Part shown: in pieces, positions 37,193 to 48,219 of the stretch
Layout of the letters: the number at the start of each line of letters is the position of its first letter
How positions within the stretch are numbered: the stretch's first letter is position 1
DNA from: Alkalispirochaeta sp.
GTDB taxonomy: Bacteria > Spirochaetota > Spirochaetia > DSM-27196 > Alkalispirochaetaceae
Assembly: GCA_965242725.1 (NCBI GenBank)
Contig: CBDESZ010000030.1
Coordinates: forward strand, 84,240 to 148,239
DNA: 64,000 bases
Direction of reading: 5' to 3'
Made by a program: the position numbers and the translations under genes
The notes under the pieces: model-generated
What the model was told of the DNA's origin: nothing
What the model saw: only the letters and a program-made list of their open reading frames with translations
Database searches by the model: none

Positions 37193-38404
37193 GTGAGTAC
37201 AACAAGGTCGATCCTGTCGGGTACGGGATGTGCGCTCATTGACTATCTGTTTACCGATATCAATTTTGATTCACCGCCCTTCCAACGCTACATATCCCGT
37301 ACGCCCGGCGACGGCGGTCTGCGTCCGGGACATCTCGTGTTCGTGGAAGGGATTGAACGATTTTCCGGATTGTCCTATCAGGACGTTCTGGAGGAGGTCA
37401 CCGGAGGGAGCCGGCCTTTTTCAAGCAATCTCGGAGGTCCCTCAATCGTCTCCCTTGTACACGCTGCACAGCTGCTTGCGGGGCGGGACGTGGAGGTTCC
37501 TTTTTTCGGCGTCCGGGGCAGCGATACAGCGGGAGAGCGGATCGCCGAGATCATCGCAGGGACGCCCCTTTGTACCGACCATTATGACGTATGGGACGGG
37601 ACAACCCCCTTTACCCACGTCCTTTCCGATCCGACCTGGGACGACGGTGCGGGGGAACGATCGTTCATCAACGGCACCGGTGTCGCCGGTCGATACGCAA
37701 CTGCCCATATCCCCTCCTCATTTTATGATCACGAAATAGTCGCATTCGGCGGAACGGCTCTCGTCCCTGCGCTGCACGATGAACTGCATGTTCCTGTACG
37801 CCGCGCCCGGAAGGGCGGATCGCTGACCGTGGTCAATACGGTCTATGATTTCCATAACGAGTCCCGCGCCCCCGACAGGCCGTGGCCGCTTGGAGAAAGC
37901 AACGAGACCTACAGACATACGGACCTTCTCGTCGTCGATGCCGAGGAGGCCCGTCGACTGAGCGGCGTTGAATCTATTGAGAAAAGCGCACAACGCTTTG
38001 TAGAAGCCGGTGTTTCGGCGGTCATCATCACCAACGGTCCTGACGATCTTTTCGTGATATCAACGGGAGGGCGGTTTCATCGTCTCGAAGGACAGCGTTT
38101 TCCGACGAGCCGTCGTGTACGGGAAGAGCTGAAGAGCACACCTGCGGCCCGGCGGGACACCACGGGGTGCGGTGACAACTTTGTCGGCGGCGTCCTGTAC
38201 TCACTGGCTGAGCAGATCTCCGCCGGCGAGAAGCGGCTGGATATGCGCCACGCAACGGCCTGGGGCGTTGCGTCAGGCGGCTTCGCCTGCTTCTCCGTCG
38301 GGGGTACGACGATAGAATCATATCCAGGCGAAAAGCGGGAACAGATTATCCCCTACGTGCGGGCGTATCAACGTCAGCTGGGAGGCGTTGTTGACGACGC
38401 ATAA
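37193..38404 (+). CDS. PfkB family carbohydrate kinase
   Basis: NLGGPS, DGAGERSF, ITNG, DTTGCGDNFVGG; GGAGG RBS before GTG 37193. Confidence 0.85.
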   Translation: MSTTRSILSGTGCALIDYLFTDINFDSPPFQRYISRTPGDGGLRPGHLVFVEGIERFSGLSYQDVLEEVTGGSRPFSSNLGGPSIVSLVHAAQLLAGRDVEVPFFGVRGSDTAGERIAEIIAGTPLCTDHYDVWDGTTPFTHVLSDPTWDDGAGERSFINGTGVAGRYATAHIPSSFYDHEIVAFGGTALVPALHDELHVPVRRARKGGSLTVVNTVYDFHNESRAPDRPWPLGESNETYRHTDLLVVDAEEARRLSGVESIEKSAQRFVEAGVSAVIITNGPDDLFVISTGGRFHRLEGQRFPTSRRVREELKSTPAARRDTTGCGDNFVGGVLYSLAEQISAGEKRLDMRHATAWGVASGGFACFSVGGTTIESYPGEKREQIIPYVRAYQRQLGGVVDDA

Positions 38405-39623
38405 CGACACCGACGGACAACTGATCGTCATATTCGGCGCAGGCAATATCGGACGTTCCTTTATCGGTCAGATCTTCGGCCGCAGCGGATACCGGGTCGT
38501 ATTCGTCGACGTCGATACCGCTCTTGTGAAACGGCTGAATCGGGACCACCGGTATCACGTCGTTCACCGACATCCCGACGGGAGTGAAGAGCGACTCATC
38601 ATCCCCAACGTTTCAGCTGTCGATGGAAATGATAAGAACGCCGTGGGGCAATATCTAGGGTCTGCACGGACGGTGGCAACCGCCGTCGGTGCCGCCGTTC
38701 TGCCCCGGCTGCTGCCGCTCCTCACCGATGAAGCTTCCCGCCGTATACGGAACGGCGAAGAGCCCTTTGACATTATCCTTGCGGAAAACATGCACGGCGC
38801 GGGCGACCTCGTACGCGCATCCTTTGAAAGGGCGGCAATCGACGCGGGCGTTCCCGCCCGGTACGACAGGACAAGACCAACCGGAAATCTCCCCGGCGTC
38901 GTTGAGTGCAGCGTCGGTAAAATGGTCCCCATCGTCTCACGTGAACGTCGAACCGCGGAGCCGACGACGGTGTGGGCGGAAGGATTCAACACGCTCCTGG
39001 TCGATGCAGACGGATGGAGCGGCGCGGTTCCGGACGTTCCTGAGCTCCGTCCCGTACGACCGATCGCCGCATGGGTAGACCGGAAGCTCTATATTCACAA
39101 TCTCGGCCATGTGGCGTGTGCCTATCTCGGCCATCAGGCAATGTCGGAAGGCACCTATATATGGGAGGTTGTTTCCCGCAACGATATCGCCCCGGCGGTA
39201 CGACGCGTTATGTCCGCCGCCGCAACGGGGCTGAGGAGAGAATACCCCGCCGTATTTACCTCTGAGGATCTGGATGATCACATTGAGGATCTCCTCAGGC
39301 GCTTTGCCAACAGAGGTCTGGGAGACACGATATTCAGAGTGGGTCGGGATATACACCGGAAGCTCGGCCCCCGGGAGCGGGTGGTCGGCGCGCTGAGAAT
39401 GCTGCAAAAACAGAATCTCGATACGACGCCCGTCGAAGCGGTCTATCGCGCCGCCCTTGGATTCCACGCCGTCGACGGCTCGGGACGCCCTTTTCCCGCC
39501 GACGAGGAGTTTCATCGCACCCTTGCGGAAACGGAGGACCCCGCGGGCGTCCTGGCCGGGATATCCGGTTTTGATGTCACCGGCGATCGGGCGTTACTTG
39601 AACGCCTGCTTCAACCGATGTGA
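38388..39623 (+). CDS. mtlD: Mannitol-1-phosphate 5-dehydrogenase-like polyol-phosphate dehydrogenase
   Basis: FGAGNIGRSFIG, TAVG, LAEN, RKLYIHNLGH, RFANRGLGDTIFRVGRD..RKLG..ER. Confidence 0.8.
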   Translation: MLTTHNDTDGQLIVIFGAGNIGRSFIGQIFGRSGYRVVFVDVDTALVKRLNRDHRYHVVHRHPDGSEERLIIPNVSAVDGNDKNAVGQYLGSARTVATAVGAAVLPRLLPLLTDEASRRIRNGEEPFDIILAENMHGAGDLVRASFERAAIDAGVPARYDRTRPTGNLPGVVECSVGKMVPIVSRERRTAEPTTVWAEGFNTLLVDADGWSGAVPDVPELRPVRPIAAWVDRKLYIHNLGHVACAYLGHQAMSEGTYIWEVVSRNDIAPAVRRVMSAAATGLRREYPAVFTSEDLDDHIEDLLRRFANRGLGDTIFRVGRDIHRKLGPRERVVGALRMLQKQNLDTTPVEAVYRAALGFHAVDGSGRPFPADEEFHRTLAETEDPAGVLAGISGFDVTGDRALLERLLQPM

Positions 39624-39631
39624 TCTGCCGG

Positions 39632-41149
39632 CTATCCTCTTTGAAGGGCTTCGAGAAATGCCCGCCGGTATTCATCGATACCGGGAATGGAAACTGCATC
39701 CACCGGAACGGTATTCAGCTCGACGGTATCCGCCAGATCCGCCAGCGGTCGACCCGTCAGCACCGACTGTCCGCAGAGGGCGGCACCAAAGGCGGTCGCC
39801 TCTTCCACCGAGGTCAAAAAGATCGGATTATCCGGCAGGAGTGCGGAGAGCACGGCGAGATAGGTCTCATTGTTTCTGAATCCGCCCTCTATGAAAATTT
39901 CGGTTCCCTTCCGCATACCCACCCGCTGCAGCGCAATCACCGACTGTATGGCGACGGAAATATCAACAAGCGCGAAAGCACGGGCATACTCGTTGAATGC
40001 TGCGGGAAAGGCGTCTTCCCTGTGTATTGACTCGAGACTGATCGTCATGAAGGTCCCGCCCTCCCCTTTCTCGACGACCCGCGCCTCCGAATCGGGAAAC
40101 TGTCCGGATCCGCGTACCACCGACGGGAGAATAAACGCATCCCGCCGGGCCGCGATGTCCGTCAGGAGGCCGGTGTTGAGGGGCGGTTCATCGGAACGGT
40201 CATGACGCCGGGAGAGAATTTTCCGGTACGTCTCATACTCCAGCCCCCCCATGAGGATCGACGTTTTGACCGGCCTGCCGTCATACCCGAGGTTGAAGAA
40301 AACCATTTTCCCGATTTCATCCGGTCGAAACGCAACGGTGTCGGTTGGGCGCATGGCAACACACCACGTTCCCGTCGAATTGAGGACGAAATCCCGGTCC
40401 CTGGTAATGAGATAGGGAATGAGACTGGAGTTGGAGTCGTGAATCCCGGCGGTTACGACCGTTTGCGGGTCCAGACCGGTATGTTCCGCCACATCGGGAG
40501 TAATTGTTCCAATGGCCTCCGTCGGCAGCACCGGCCGCACGGGCAGGGCGTGACGCAGACCGAGTCGATCGACCACGTGGGACCAGTCGTTTTTCTCGTG
40601 ATCCCACAGGTAGGTATGACATCCTGTATAGGTGATATCTGCGGTGGCCTTCCCGGTGAGGAGATAGGCGAAGTATTGGGGATAGAGGAGGAGGTGTCTG
40701 GTGGCATCAAAGCGGTCGGGGTAGCGTTCTTTCAGAAAAAAGAGAAGCTTTCCCACGTTTATCAACGGCTGGACTTCCGCGGTCGCCGTCTTCTGCTGCA
40801 ACTCCTCGGGTGAACCCATGGCGGCGAAGAAGCGTTTCCGGACCTCCTCATCCACTTCCTGGGTGTAGTCAAGAGGCGGCACCGACGGTTTCCCGTCGGC
40901 ACCGACACATACCGCCGCCGCCCCGTGGGTGGCGATGGATATGACCTTGATGTCCCAGGCAGCGGCGAGATCGGTAAGCTGATCCAGAAACCACCGCTCG
41001 ATACCCGCGACGTCCTCGACGCGAAACCCGTCAACAGTGACTGGTTCAATCTTGGTACGCCGGGCGTCCCGCATGCGCATGTCTTGATCAAAGATCGCAA
41101 CTTTCTTGTTCGTCTTTCCGATATCCAGGACCGCGACTACCTGTTCCAT
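39632..41149 (-). CDS. FGGY kinase, fuculokinase/rhamnulokinase-like
   Basis: LDIGKTNKK, ATHGA, GCHTYLW, GIHDSNSS, STGTW, EGGF; directly downstream of fucI. Confidence 0.8.
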   Translation of the reverse strand: MEQVVAVLDIGKTNKKVAIFDQDMRMRDARRTKIEPVTVDGFRVEDVAGIERWFLDQLTDLAAAWDIKVISIATHGAAAVCVGADGKPSVPPLDYTQEVDEEVRKRFFAAMGSPEELQQKTATAEVQPLINVGKLLFFLKERYPDRFDATRHLLLYPQYFAYLLTGKATADITYTGCHTYLWDHEKNDWSHVVDRLGLRHALPVRPVLPTEAIGTITPDVAEHTGLDPQTVVTAGIHDSNSSLIPYLITRDRDFVLNSTGTWCVAMRPTDTVAFRPDEIGKMVFFNLGYDGRPVKTSILMGGLEYETYRKILSRRHDRSDEPPLNTGLLTDIAARRDAFILPSVVRGSGQFPDSEARVVEKGEGGTFMTISLESIHREDAFPAAFNEYARAFALVDISVAIQSVIALQRVGMRKGTEIFIEGGFRNNETYLAVLSALLPDNPIFLTSVEEATAFGAALCGQSVLTGRPLADLADTVELNTVPVDAVSIPGIDEYRRAFLEALQRG

Positions 41150-41172
41150 ATCGCTCCTTGCCTCTCGGTCCC

Positions 41173-42981
41173 TTACCGATACAACGGGCCGTAGGTATCG
41201 CACGCCCGGTAGTCAGCGCCTTCCAGATCGGATCCAAAGAGTTTCCACGCCTGGGGGCGGAACACCTGTTCCTTCGGAACGTTGTGCATATTGACCGGTA
41301 TACGCAGCATCGACGCCAGTGTAATGAGGTCCGCGCCGATATGGCCGAAACTGATTGCGCCGTGGTTTGCGCCCCATGCACCCATGACCGAGTACACGTC
41401 GGTGAAATAGCCCTCGCCGGTTACACGCGGGACGAACCAGGTCGTCGGCCACGTCGGGTTGGTCCGGAGGTCCAGTTTTTCGTGAACCTCTTCAGGAAGA
41501 TCCACAGTCCAGCCTTCCGCGATTTGCAGCACCGGCCCCTGCCCCTTCACGAGATTAACCCTGCACATCGTCACAGGCATGTCGCCGCGGGTAAGGAAGT
41601 CCGTTGAAAAACCGCCGCCCCTGAAGTAGCCGAGATCGGCGGGACAGAACTCGGTGTTGTTCACACACGCCGCCGCTTCTTCTCCGGTTATCTCCCAGAA
41701 CGGTTTGATCGCCGGTTTTCCCTCTTTTTCCTGCCGTCCCGTCCCGTCGAGACAGGTGGAACCACTGTTAATGAGGTGAATGATGCCGTCTTTGGCCGTT
41801 CCGGATAGGGTATGGCCGGTAACCCGCTTCACCGCTTCGGGGCTCCAGAATGTCCGTACATCGCTGAATATCTGCGCCGTCCCCGTCAGGAGATGGCCGA
41901 AGAGCATGACCGCGCCGTTGAGGCTGTCGTTTTCGGTGGCGAAGATATAGGGGGCCCGTAATCCGTCCCAGTCGAAGGAGGAATTGAGCATCGTCTCCAT
42001 GAAATCGCCGTTGGGGAGGTAGTCCGTCCACTGTCGCTGGCCCTGGAACCCGGCGGCTATGGCGTTAAAACCGAGGGCTTCCTCGCCAAACCCGCGTTTT
42101 TCGAGCACAGGGTTGCCCTTCATGAGATCCTTGCCGATGAGCGTCATTTTCACCGACGTCTCCCATTCCCGGTCTTTCTCTTCCCGCGAGTGCTGCACCG
42201 ACGGATCGTTGAAGTCACGACCTTCCTTCAGGTTTTCCTTCACCCATTTGATCGCCCGCTTGTACTCTTCAGGATCGTAAATATCCTGTTCGATCCGGCG
42301 GGAAACTTCACTCATGTCGACGTACTCGTTCCGCATGCCCAGGTATCTCTGGAAGAAATCGGGATCGACGATGGACCCGCCGATACCCATGGAGACCGAT
42401 CCAATGGAGAGATATGATTTCCCGCGCATCACGATGACCGCCGTCGCCGCCCTGGCAAAGCGCAGTATCTTTTCCTGTACATCCGCCGGTATTGAATCGT
42501 CGTCAAGATCCTGGACGTCGTGTCCGTAAATGCCGAATGCGGGCAGCCCTTTCTGGGCGTGCGCCGCGAGTACGGCGGCGAGATAGACCGCGCCGGGACG
42601 CTCCGTTCCGTTGAATCCCCATACCGCCTTGACGGTCATGGGATCCATATCCATCGTCTCCGAGCCGTAACACCAGCAGGGCGTCACGGTCAGGGTCGCG
42701 CCGACGCCCTCCCGTTCAAATTTAGCCTGACACGCCGCGGATTCCGCGACGCGCCCGATCGTCGTATCGGCGATGACCACTTCCACCGGCGTTCCGTCGG
42801 GATAGCGGAGATTCTTTGTGATGAGATCCGCCGCGGCCCGCGCCATTTTCATCGTCTTGTCTTCCAGCGACTCCCGGACGCCGCCGAGGCGACCATCTAT
42901 AGTCGGACGGATACCGATTTTCGGCTTTTCGCCGGCAAATCGCCACTCATCGGTTTTTTTGGGTTGTGGTTTCCAGTTCAT
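41173..42981 (-). CDS. fucI: L-fucose isomerase
   Basis: [58 protein letters not shown]. Confidence 0.97.
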   Translation of the reverse strand: MNWKPQPKKTDEWRFAGEKPKIGIRPTIDGRLGGVRESLEDKTMKMARAAADLITKNLRYPDGTPVEVVIADTTIGRVAESAACQAKFEREGVGATLTVTPCWCYGSETMDMDPMTVKAVWGFNGTERPGAVYLAAVLAAHAQKGLPAFGIYGHDVQDLDDDSIPADVQEKILRFARAATAVIVMRGKSYLSIGSVSMGIGGSIVDPDFFQRYLGMRNEYVDMSEVSRRIEQDIYDPEEYKRAIKWVKENLKEGRDFNDPSVQHSREEKDREWETSVKMTLIGKDLMKGNPVLEKRGFGEEALGFNAIAAGFQGQRQWTDYLPNGDFMETMLNSSFDWDGLRAPYIFATENDSLNGAVMLFGHLLTGTAQIFSDVRTFWSPEAVKRVTGHTLSGTAKDGIIHLINSGSTCLDGTGRQEKEGKPAIKPFWEITGEEAAACVNNTEFCPADLGYFRGGGFSTDFLTRGDMPVTMCRVNLVKGQGPVLQIAEGWTVDLPEEVHEKLDLRTNPTWPTTWFVPRVTGEGYFTDVYSVMGAWGANHGAISFGHIGADLITLASMLRIPVNMHNVPKEQVFRPQAWKLFGSDLEGADYRACDTYGPLYR

Positions 42982-43002
42982 CTGCTCCTCCTGTAGGTCT
43001 GA

Positions 43003-43437
43003 TTATTCCTCAATGACTACGCCCTTTTTCAAAATGATATTGGCATATAACGCTTTTTCACTCGTCTGAATCGTCGCCACCGCCCGACGCGCCCGCTCAT
43101 AGAAGGAAAAGCGTTCCATATGTTCAAAATGCGCGTGATCGGGTTCATGCTTTTCAACGATCTTCCGATACGTCTCCCAGATCGGCGTCTCCACCGGATC
43201 ACCCGGCGAAACTTCCATGAGCACCACCGGACTCTCCACATATCCGTCCAGAGGAAAGAACCGGAGAATCGCATCGAGAAGGGGCGGAATCCCCACCCCG
43301 TCGGTGCGTATGACCCGGTCTGCACGCCCGCCGACAAAATAGTTCCCGTCGGCAATGACGAGCTCGTCGCCGTGGCCCATTTCCATCAGGGTGGAGAGAA
43401 TTGCCGGAGACAATACGGAAGGGATTTTTTTCAACAT
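43003..43437 (-). CDS. fucU: RbsD/FucU family mutarotase (copy 2)
   Basis: EMGHGDELVIADGNY, ERFSFYER, YANIILKKGV; AGGAG RBS before ATG 43437. Confidence 0.9.
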   Translation of the reverse strand: MLKKIPSVLSPAILSTLMEMGHGDELVIADGNYFVGGRADRVIRTDGVGIPPLLDAILRFFPLDGYVESPVVLMEVSPGDPVETPIWETYRKIVEKHEPDHAHFEHMERFSFYERARRAVATIQTSEKALYANIILKKGVVIEE

Positions 43438-43469
43438 AGGCGCTCCTGTTGTTCCGGGACCATTGTACC

Positions 43470-44741
43470 CTAAGATGAAATCTTCGGCGCGTGGGTGAGG
43501 ACGTATTTTTCCGCCTCGCCGTTCCACAATCCGTTGTGCCGTTCCACGATCTTCGCAAGATCCGCCATGAACTGATCATTTCGACCGAGTTTTTTCATGT
43601 CTGCTATGGCAGTGAGGGGCATCTCCACGTGGGTGTATATAAGCTTCTTTCCGCCGGGGATCTTCGGCAGATTGAGGGTGGTCTCCACGACGGCGTTGAG
43701 CCCGCCGATGTGAGTAATCATGATCGAGGGATTGATCCGTCCCTCTTCCATCAACTCGAGAGAAATACGCATATCCTCGGTGTTTCCGCCGGAGGTACCC
43801 ACGAAGTGGTGTGCCTCATAGTGGAGGTCGTACAGATTCAGTCGCGCGGAAAAGGCGGTATCCGTCGGACCTGCAAAGAAATTCAGACATCCGTCACGCC
43901 TGAGAATGCGGTCTCCCTGTTCCACCACCATTGAAACGGGCGCCATCACGAGAACGTCGTCAAATCCGAGACCGTCGTCGGTAAGACTCTTGAGGTGTTC
44001 TTCGGCATTATCCACCGTGGCGGTATTCACGAACTGCAGGGAAATTCCGTCCGCCGCAGCCGCCTCGACGGGAAAAAGCTCTTCCGCCCGGGAAAGACGG
44101 TCGTCGTCGATGTCGGTGACAACAAGCTGCTTCGGCCGCCGGTCGCCGTGAAGTGCGAGATCAACGGCGCCAAGTCCCATCGGACCGGCACCGGCAAGTA
44201 TCGCCATGCGTCCGCCTTCACGTATTCCCATTTGATGATCATACGTGCCGGTGGGAACGTGATAGGAGGCACGAAAGGCGCCGACAATACACGACATGGG
44301 TTCGCTGAGACTCCCGAAGTACGACGCCTCACCGGCGTAGGGCAGGAGGCAGTCCATTTCCATTACTTCATTGGGAATAATGACGTGGGTGGCGTCTCCC
44401 CCGATGAACTGGTAGGAGTACCCCGGTGCGTCGAGACTGCCCTTGTAGTTCAGGGCGGGCTGAATGACGTAGCGCTCGCCCTCGCGGTACGTATCCTTCC
44501 ACGCCTTCCCGACCTGGAGGAGGCGAATTGAGAACTCATGTCCGATCATCACCGGGTGGTCCTTGATATTACCGGGCACCCGTTTATGGTCGGAACCCTG
44601 CTCCGCCGCCTTGTAGCTGCTCATGCAGATGCTGTCCGAGACGACTTCTCCGAGAATCTCATTGTCTCCCGGTTCCGGGAGCTCAAAGGTCTCCATCCGT
44701 AAATCTTTTTTTCCGTACATTCGTACTGCCGTCGTACGCAT
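43470..44741 (-). CDS. L-sorbose-1-phosphate reductase (SorE)-like Zn dehydrogenase
   Basis: DSICMSSYKA, HKRVP, IGHEF, IQPAL, PGYSY, EPMSC, GAGPMG, GTSGG, ITHIGGL, PGGKKLIY. Confidence 0.85.
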   Translation of the reverse strand: MRTTAVRMYGKKDLRMETFELPEPGDNEILGEVVSDSICMSSYKAAEQGSDHKRVPGNIKDHPVMIGHEFSIRLLQVGKAWKDTYREGERYVIQPALNYKGSLDAPGYSYQFIGGDATHVIIPNEVMEMDCLLPYAGEASYFGSLSEPMSCIVGAFRASYHVPTGTYDHQMGIREGGRMAILAGAGPMGLGAVDLALHGDRRPKQLVVTDIDDDRLSRAEELFPVEAAAADGISLQFVNTATVDNAEEHLKSLTDDGLGFDDVLVMAPVSMVVEQGDRILRRDGCLNFFAGPTDTAFSARLNLYDLHYEAHHFVGTSGGNTEDMRISLELMEEGRINPSIMITHIGGLNAVVETTLNLPKIPGGKKLIYTHVEMPLTAIADMKKLGRNDQFMADLAKIVERHNGLWNGEAEKYVLTHAPKISS

Positions 44742-44819
44742 ACTGTCTCCTTCTTTTCGTTTGTGCCGCAACGGCGACATATTCACTGCCGTGGCTTTCC
44801 GCCCGATGTACCGGTACCG

Positions 44820-45572
44820 CTATACCACGGTGACCTGCACCTCGCACGTCTCAAGCTGTTCTCTCATTTCCGCAGAAATGCCGTCGTCCGTTATCAGGAC
44901 ATCCACCTCGGAAAGAGACATTACCTGAATAAAACCCCTCTTTCCGAATTTGGTCGAATCTGCCACCAGCACCGTCCGGTCGCAGTGGCGCGCCATGGTG
45001 CGGGATACCTCGGCGGCATCGACGAAGTTGGTCGTCAGACCGTGCTCACATGAAATACCGTCGGAACCGATGAAGGCCGTGTTGACGTGAAACTGGGACA
45101 GTTCCGCAATGGTCACCGGCCCGACCATTGACTCCGTCGCAGGTCGGAATGTACCCCCGACAAAGGCGAGGGAAATCATTGGATTTGCCCGGACAAAGGG
45201 CAGTATCAACGTGGAGTCGGTAACCAGTTTGAGGTCCTTTTTCCCGAGGAGATACCGGGCGATCATCGCTGTGGTGGTACCAGACTCGATCATCACCGAG
45301 TCGCCGTCGGATACATACTCCGCAGCGGCTTTTGCTATTCTTCGCTTCTCTTCGATTCTGGTCTGCTGCCGGGCGATGATGTCGGGATGAAACGCCGGAA
45401 GGGCTCCGCCGCGGATACGGACGAGGTATCCCTTTTCCGCCAGGGTATCCATGTCGCTTCGCGTCGTGACGACCGAAACGCCCAGACGCTCGCTCAACTC
45501 CGCCACAGTCAGCAGCGGTTCTTCCGCGAGAAGACGGACAATGGTTTTTTCTCTATCACGCAGGTTATCCAA
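44820..45572 (-). CDS. DeoR/GlpR family regulator (copy 1)
   Basis: LSERLGVSVVTTRSD HTH, RIRGGA, IESGTT, ADSTKFG. Confidence 0.92.
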   Translation of the reverse strand: MDNLRDREKTIVRLLAEEPLLTVAELSERLGVSVVTTRSDMDTLAEKGYLVRIRGGALPAFHPDIIARQQTRIEEKRRIAKAAAEYVSDGDSVMIESGTTTAMIARYLLGKKDLKLVTDSTLILPFVRANPMISLAFVGGTFRPATESMVGPVTIAELSQFHVNTAFIGSDGISCEHGLTTNFVDAAEVSRTMARHCDRTVLVADSTKFGKRGFIQVMSLSEVDVLITDDGISAEMREQLETCEVQVTVV

Positions 45573-45659
45573 TGGTTTCCAATTACCTTATTTTCTGTTT
45601 CATTATACTTGTTTTTACATACTTCGCAAGTGTATGATGCATATATACCCGGAGGTTCC

Positions 45660-46958
45660 ATGGACTCAAAAACCCCTCAATACGTAACGCAACTGGAATC
45701 GGCCGATCGAGACAGCCGGATTAACGCGCTGCGCCGGCTGGCGGATTCGACCGATCTCACCACGACCCCGTTCGGGGAAGAAGTAAACAACCACGTCCAT
45801 ACCAGATACTCCTTCAGTCCCTACTATCCCGCGTCGGTGGCGTACCACGCCCGTCGGGCGGGGCTCCAGGTCGTCGGTTCTGTTGACCACGAGTCGATCG
45901 GCGCCGCCCGGGAGATGAAGGAAGCCGCGGCTATTGTGGGTATGGGTGCTACGGTGGGGTGTGAAGTGCGTGCGAGCTTTGCCGATACGGAATTTGCACG
46001 GCGTCGCCTCAATAATCCCGATACCGTCGGGAACGCCTATATGGTGATCCACGGCGTCCCCGGGCCGTCACTTGAAGCGCTGGCTGAGTGGCTGAAGCCG
46101 TTAAACGTCGCCAGGGAGGAGCGGAACCGCCGGCAGGTCGCCAATTTGAACGGTATCATTCAGACCGAGCTGGGAAGCCTCGACTACGACCGCGACGTCC
46201 GTTCCCTCTCACTCGCACACGAGGGGGGAAGCGTCACGGAACGGCACATACTGTACGCCCTGGCGCTGCGCGTTCTGGATGCGGTGGTCGACGGAACGGG
46301 TATTTCCACATTTCTCACGGAACGACTGGAGATGGAGGTCGCCCCGGCGATCGCCTCCCGCATTGATGACGAGACAAATCCCCACCGGGTCTACGACCTC
46401 CTCGGGGCGTTTAAGGCGACGTTCGTTCCCCAGTTTTTCATTCAACCGGGAACGGTGGAGTGTCCGCCCGTGGCGGAGGTAAACGCCTTTGCCCGCGCGC
46501 TTGGCGCCATTCCCGCCTACGCCTACCTCGGCGATGTGGAAGAATCCCCGACGGGTGACAAGAAGGCACAGCAGTTTGAGGACTCCTTCCTGGACGAACT
46601 TTTCACGGAGTTGCCCCGTCTCGGGTATCAGGCGGTAACGTATATGCCGCCCCGGAACACCATGGTCCAGCTGCGACGCGTGCAGGAACTGGCAGCGGGC
46701 CATAATCTCATGGAAATAAGCGGTGTCGACATCAATTCCAGCAGACAGTCATTTCACTGCCCCGAGGTCCTTGAGCCGGAGTTCCGCCACCTCATTGAAA
46801 GCACCTGGGCGCTGGTGGGACATGAAGAAGCGGCGCAACGGGAGATCGACAGGGGATTGTTCGGTACCTCATCGGAGGCGCAGGCGGAATCGATCTCCCG
46901 ACGGGTCGGGACATACGCGGCGATCGGGCGGGCAACTACGGAACGCCGCCGCAGATGA
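45660..46958 (+). CDS. PHP-domain protein of unknown function
   Basis: NNHVHTRYS, VDHES, GCE, ERH, YAYLGD; GGAGG RBS before ATG 45660. Confidence 0.8.
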   Translation: MDSKTPQYVTQLESADRDSRINALRRLADSTDLTTTPFGEEVNNHVHTRYSFSPYYPASVAYHARRAGLQVVGSVDHESIGAAREMKEAAAIVGMGATVGCEVRASFADTEFARRRLNNPDTVGNAYMVIHGVPGPSLEALAEWLKPLNVAREERNRRQVANLNGIIQTELGSLDYDRDVRSLSLAHEGGSVTERHILYALALRVLDAVVDGTGISTFLTERLEMEVAPAIASRIDDETNPHRVYDLLGAFKATFVPQFFIQPGTVECPPVAEVNAFARALGAIPAYAYLGDVEESPTGDKKAQQFEDSFLDELFTELPRLGYQAVTYMPPRNTMVQLRRVQELAAGHNLMEISGVDINSSRQSFHCPEVLEPEFRHLIESTWALVGHEEAAQREIDRGLFGTSSEAQAESISRRVGTYAAIGRATTERRRR

Positions 46959-47016
46959 ACGCCGCCGTCGCTGACAGCCGCTGCCTCCGACCATCGCCCC
47001 GCCGTCTATGTACAGA

Positions 47017-48219
47017 TCAGGATAGCATCACCTGGCCGCCGGTCACGGGAAGGGCCTGGCCCGTCTCATATTCCTGTCCCACGAGATACGCAATCGCACG
47101 CACCACGTCGCGACCTGTACATCCTCGCCCCATGGGAACCTTCGACTCGTAAAAACGGCGAACGTCGGCAACCGTTTTCGCCCCGGGCACCTTTCCGGCG
47201 TTCAGATATTGAACAAACAGTCCCCGTTCCGGATCGCTCCACAATGGGCCGTCGAGGAAATTACCGGGACAGACGGCGTTTACTTTGGTTCCCTGTTCCA
47301 CCAGTTCAAGGGCAAAACTCTGGACGAGCCCGATGCCGCCGAATTTGCTCCCCGCATATGCGGCGTTCCTGTTGCTGCCCACCAGACCGCTTTTGGAGTT
47401 GATTTCGACGATGTCGGTAAGGTATTGGCGTCGCCCGTTTCGGGCCGGTTCGTTGGTCGGTTCTACGACAGAACCGCCCTCGCCGTAACCGGCAACGTAG
47501 TGCCGGACCGCCTGGTTCTGCAGCTCCATCACCGGCGCGGCGTGTTTGGTCATCAGAAAGAAGCCGATATAGTTGACGTCGGTTACAAAACGGAAATCCT
47601 TGACTTCGAGAGTCTTGACGCTCCCCGCTTTCAGGACGCCGGCGTTGCTCACAAGGAGATCGATACCACCGTAATTTTCAGTCACCTCCCGGATGAGCCG
47701 GGCTACACTCTCTTCCGAGGTAACGTCAACGACAAATCCGCCATGAGGCACGCCGAGTTTTTCAGCCGCCTCGCGAACTCCCCCTTCGTTGATGTCCGCG
47801 AGAACGACCACCGCACCAAGGGCGGCGAGTCCCCGGGCGATTTCCCATCCGAAACCCTGTGCCGCACCGGTCACGACGGAGACGCGTCCCCGAAGGCTTT
47901 CAGCAATCTCCCGGGGAGAGAGTACCTGGTTCTCATCGTCGGTATCCGGGTGCCCACCGCCGTCGACGACGCTCCACGCCGTTCCGTCCGGAAGTCCTAC
48001 CGTCAGCGGCGCCACGCCCATTTGGTCCACATAGGAGTGCCACTGGGCGGTAATGCTCTCCACCGTTGCCGGCTCGGTGACGGTGAAATCCGGTGTGGAA
48101 ACCTTTCCATATCTATACAACGCGCCGGGACCGACGACGGTATCCCGTTCGGTCATGCAGGCGCTCAGGCCGCGCAGGACCGGTCCTATTTGCCACGCGT
48201 GCAGTTCGGCCATCGTCAC
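47017..48219 (-). CDS. Sorbitol-6-phosphate dehydrogenase (SrlD)-like SDR with an N-terminal extension
   Basis: [51 protein letters not shown]. Confidence 0.85.
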   Translation of the reverse strand: MTMAELHAWQIGPVLRGLSACMTERDTVVGPGALYRYGKVSTPDFTVTEPATVESITAQWHSYVDQMGVAPLTVGLPDGTAWSVVDGGGHPDTDDENQVLSPREIAESLRGRVSVVTGAAQGFGWEIARGLAALGAVVVLADINEGGVREAAEKLGVPHGGFVVDVTSEESVARLIREVTENYGGIDLLVSNAGVLKAGSVKTLEVKDFRFVTDVNYIGFFLMTKHAAPVMELQNQAVRHYVAGYGEGGSVVEPTNEPARNGRRQYLTDIVEINSKSGLVGSNRNAAYAGSKFGGIGLVQSFALELVEQGTKVNAVCPGNFLDGPLWSDPERGLFVQYLNAGKVPGAKTVADVRRFYESKVPMGRGCTGRDVVRAIAYLVGQEYETGQALPVTGGQVMLS

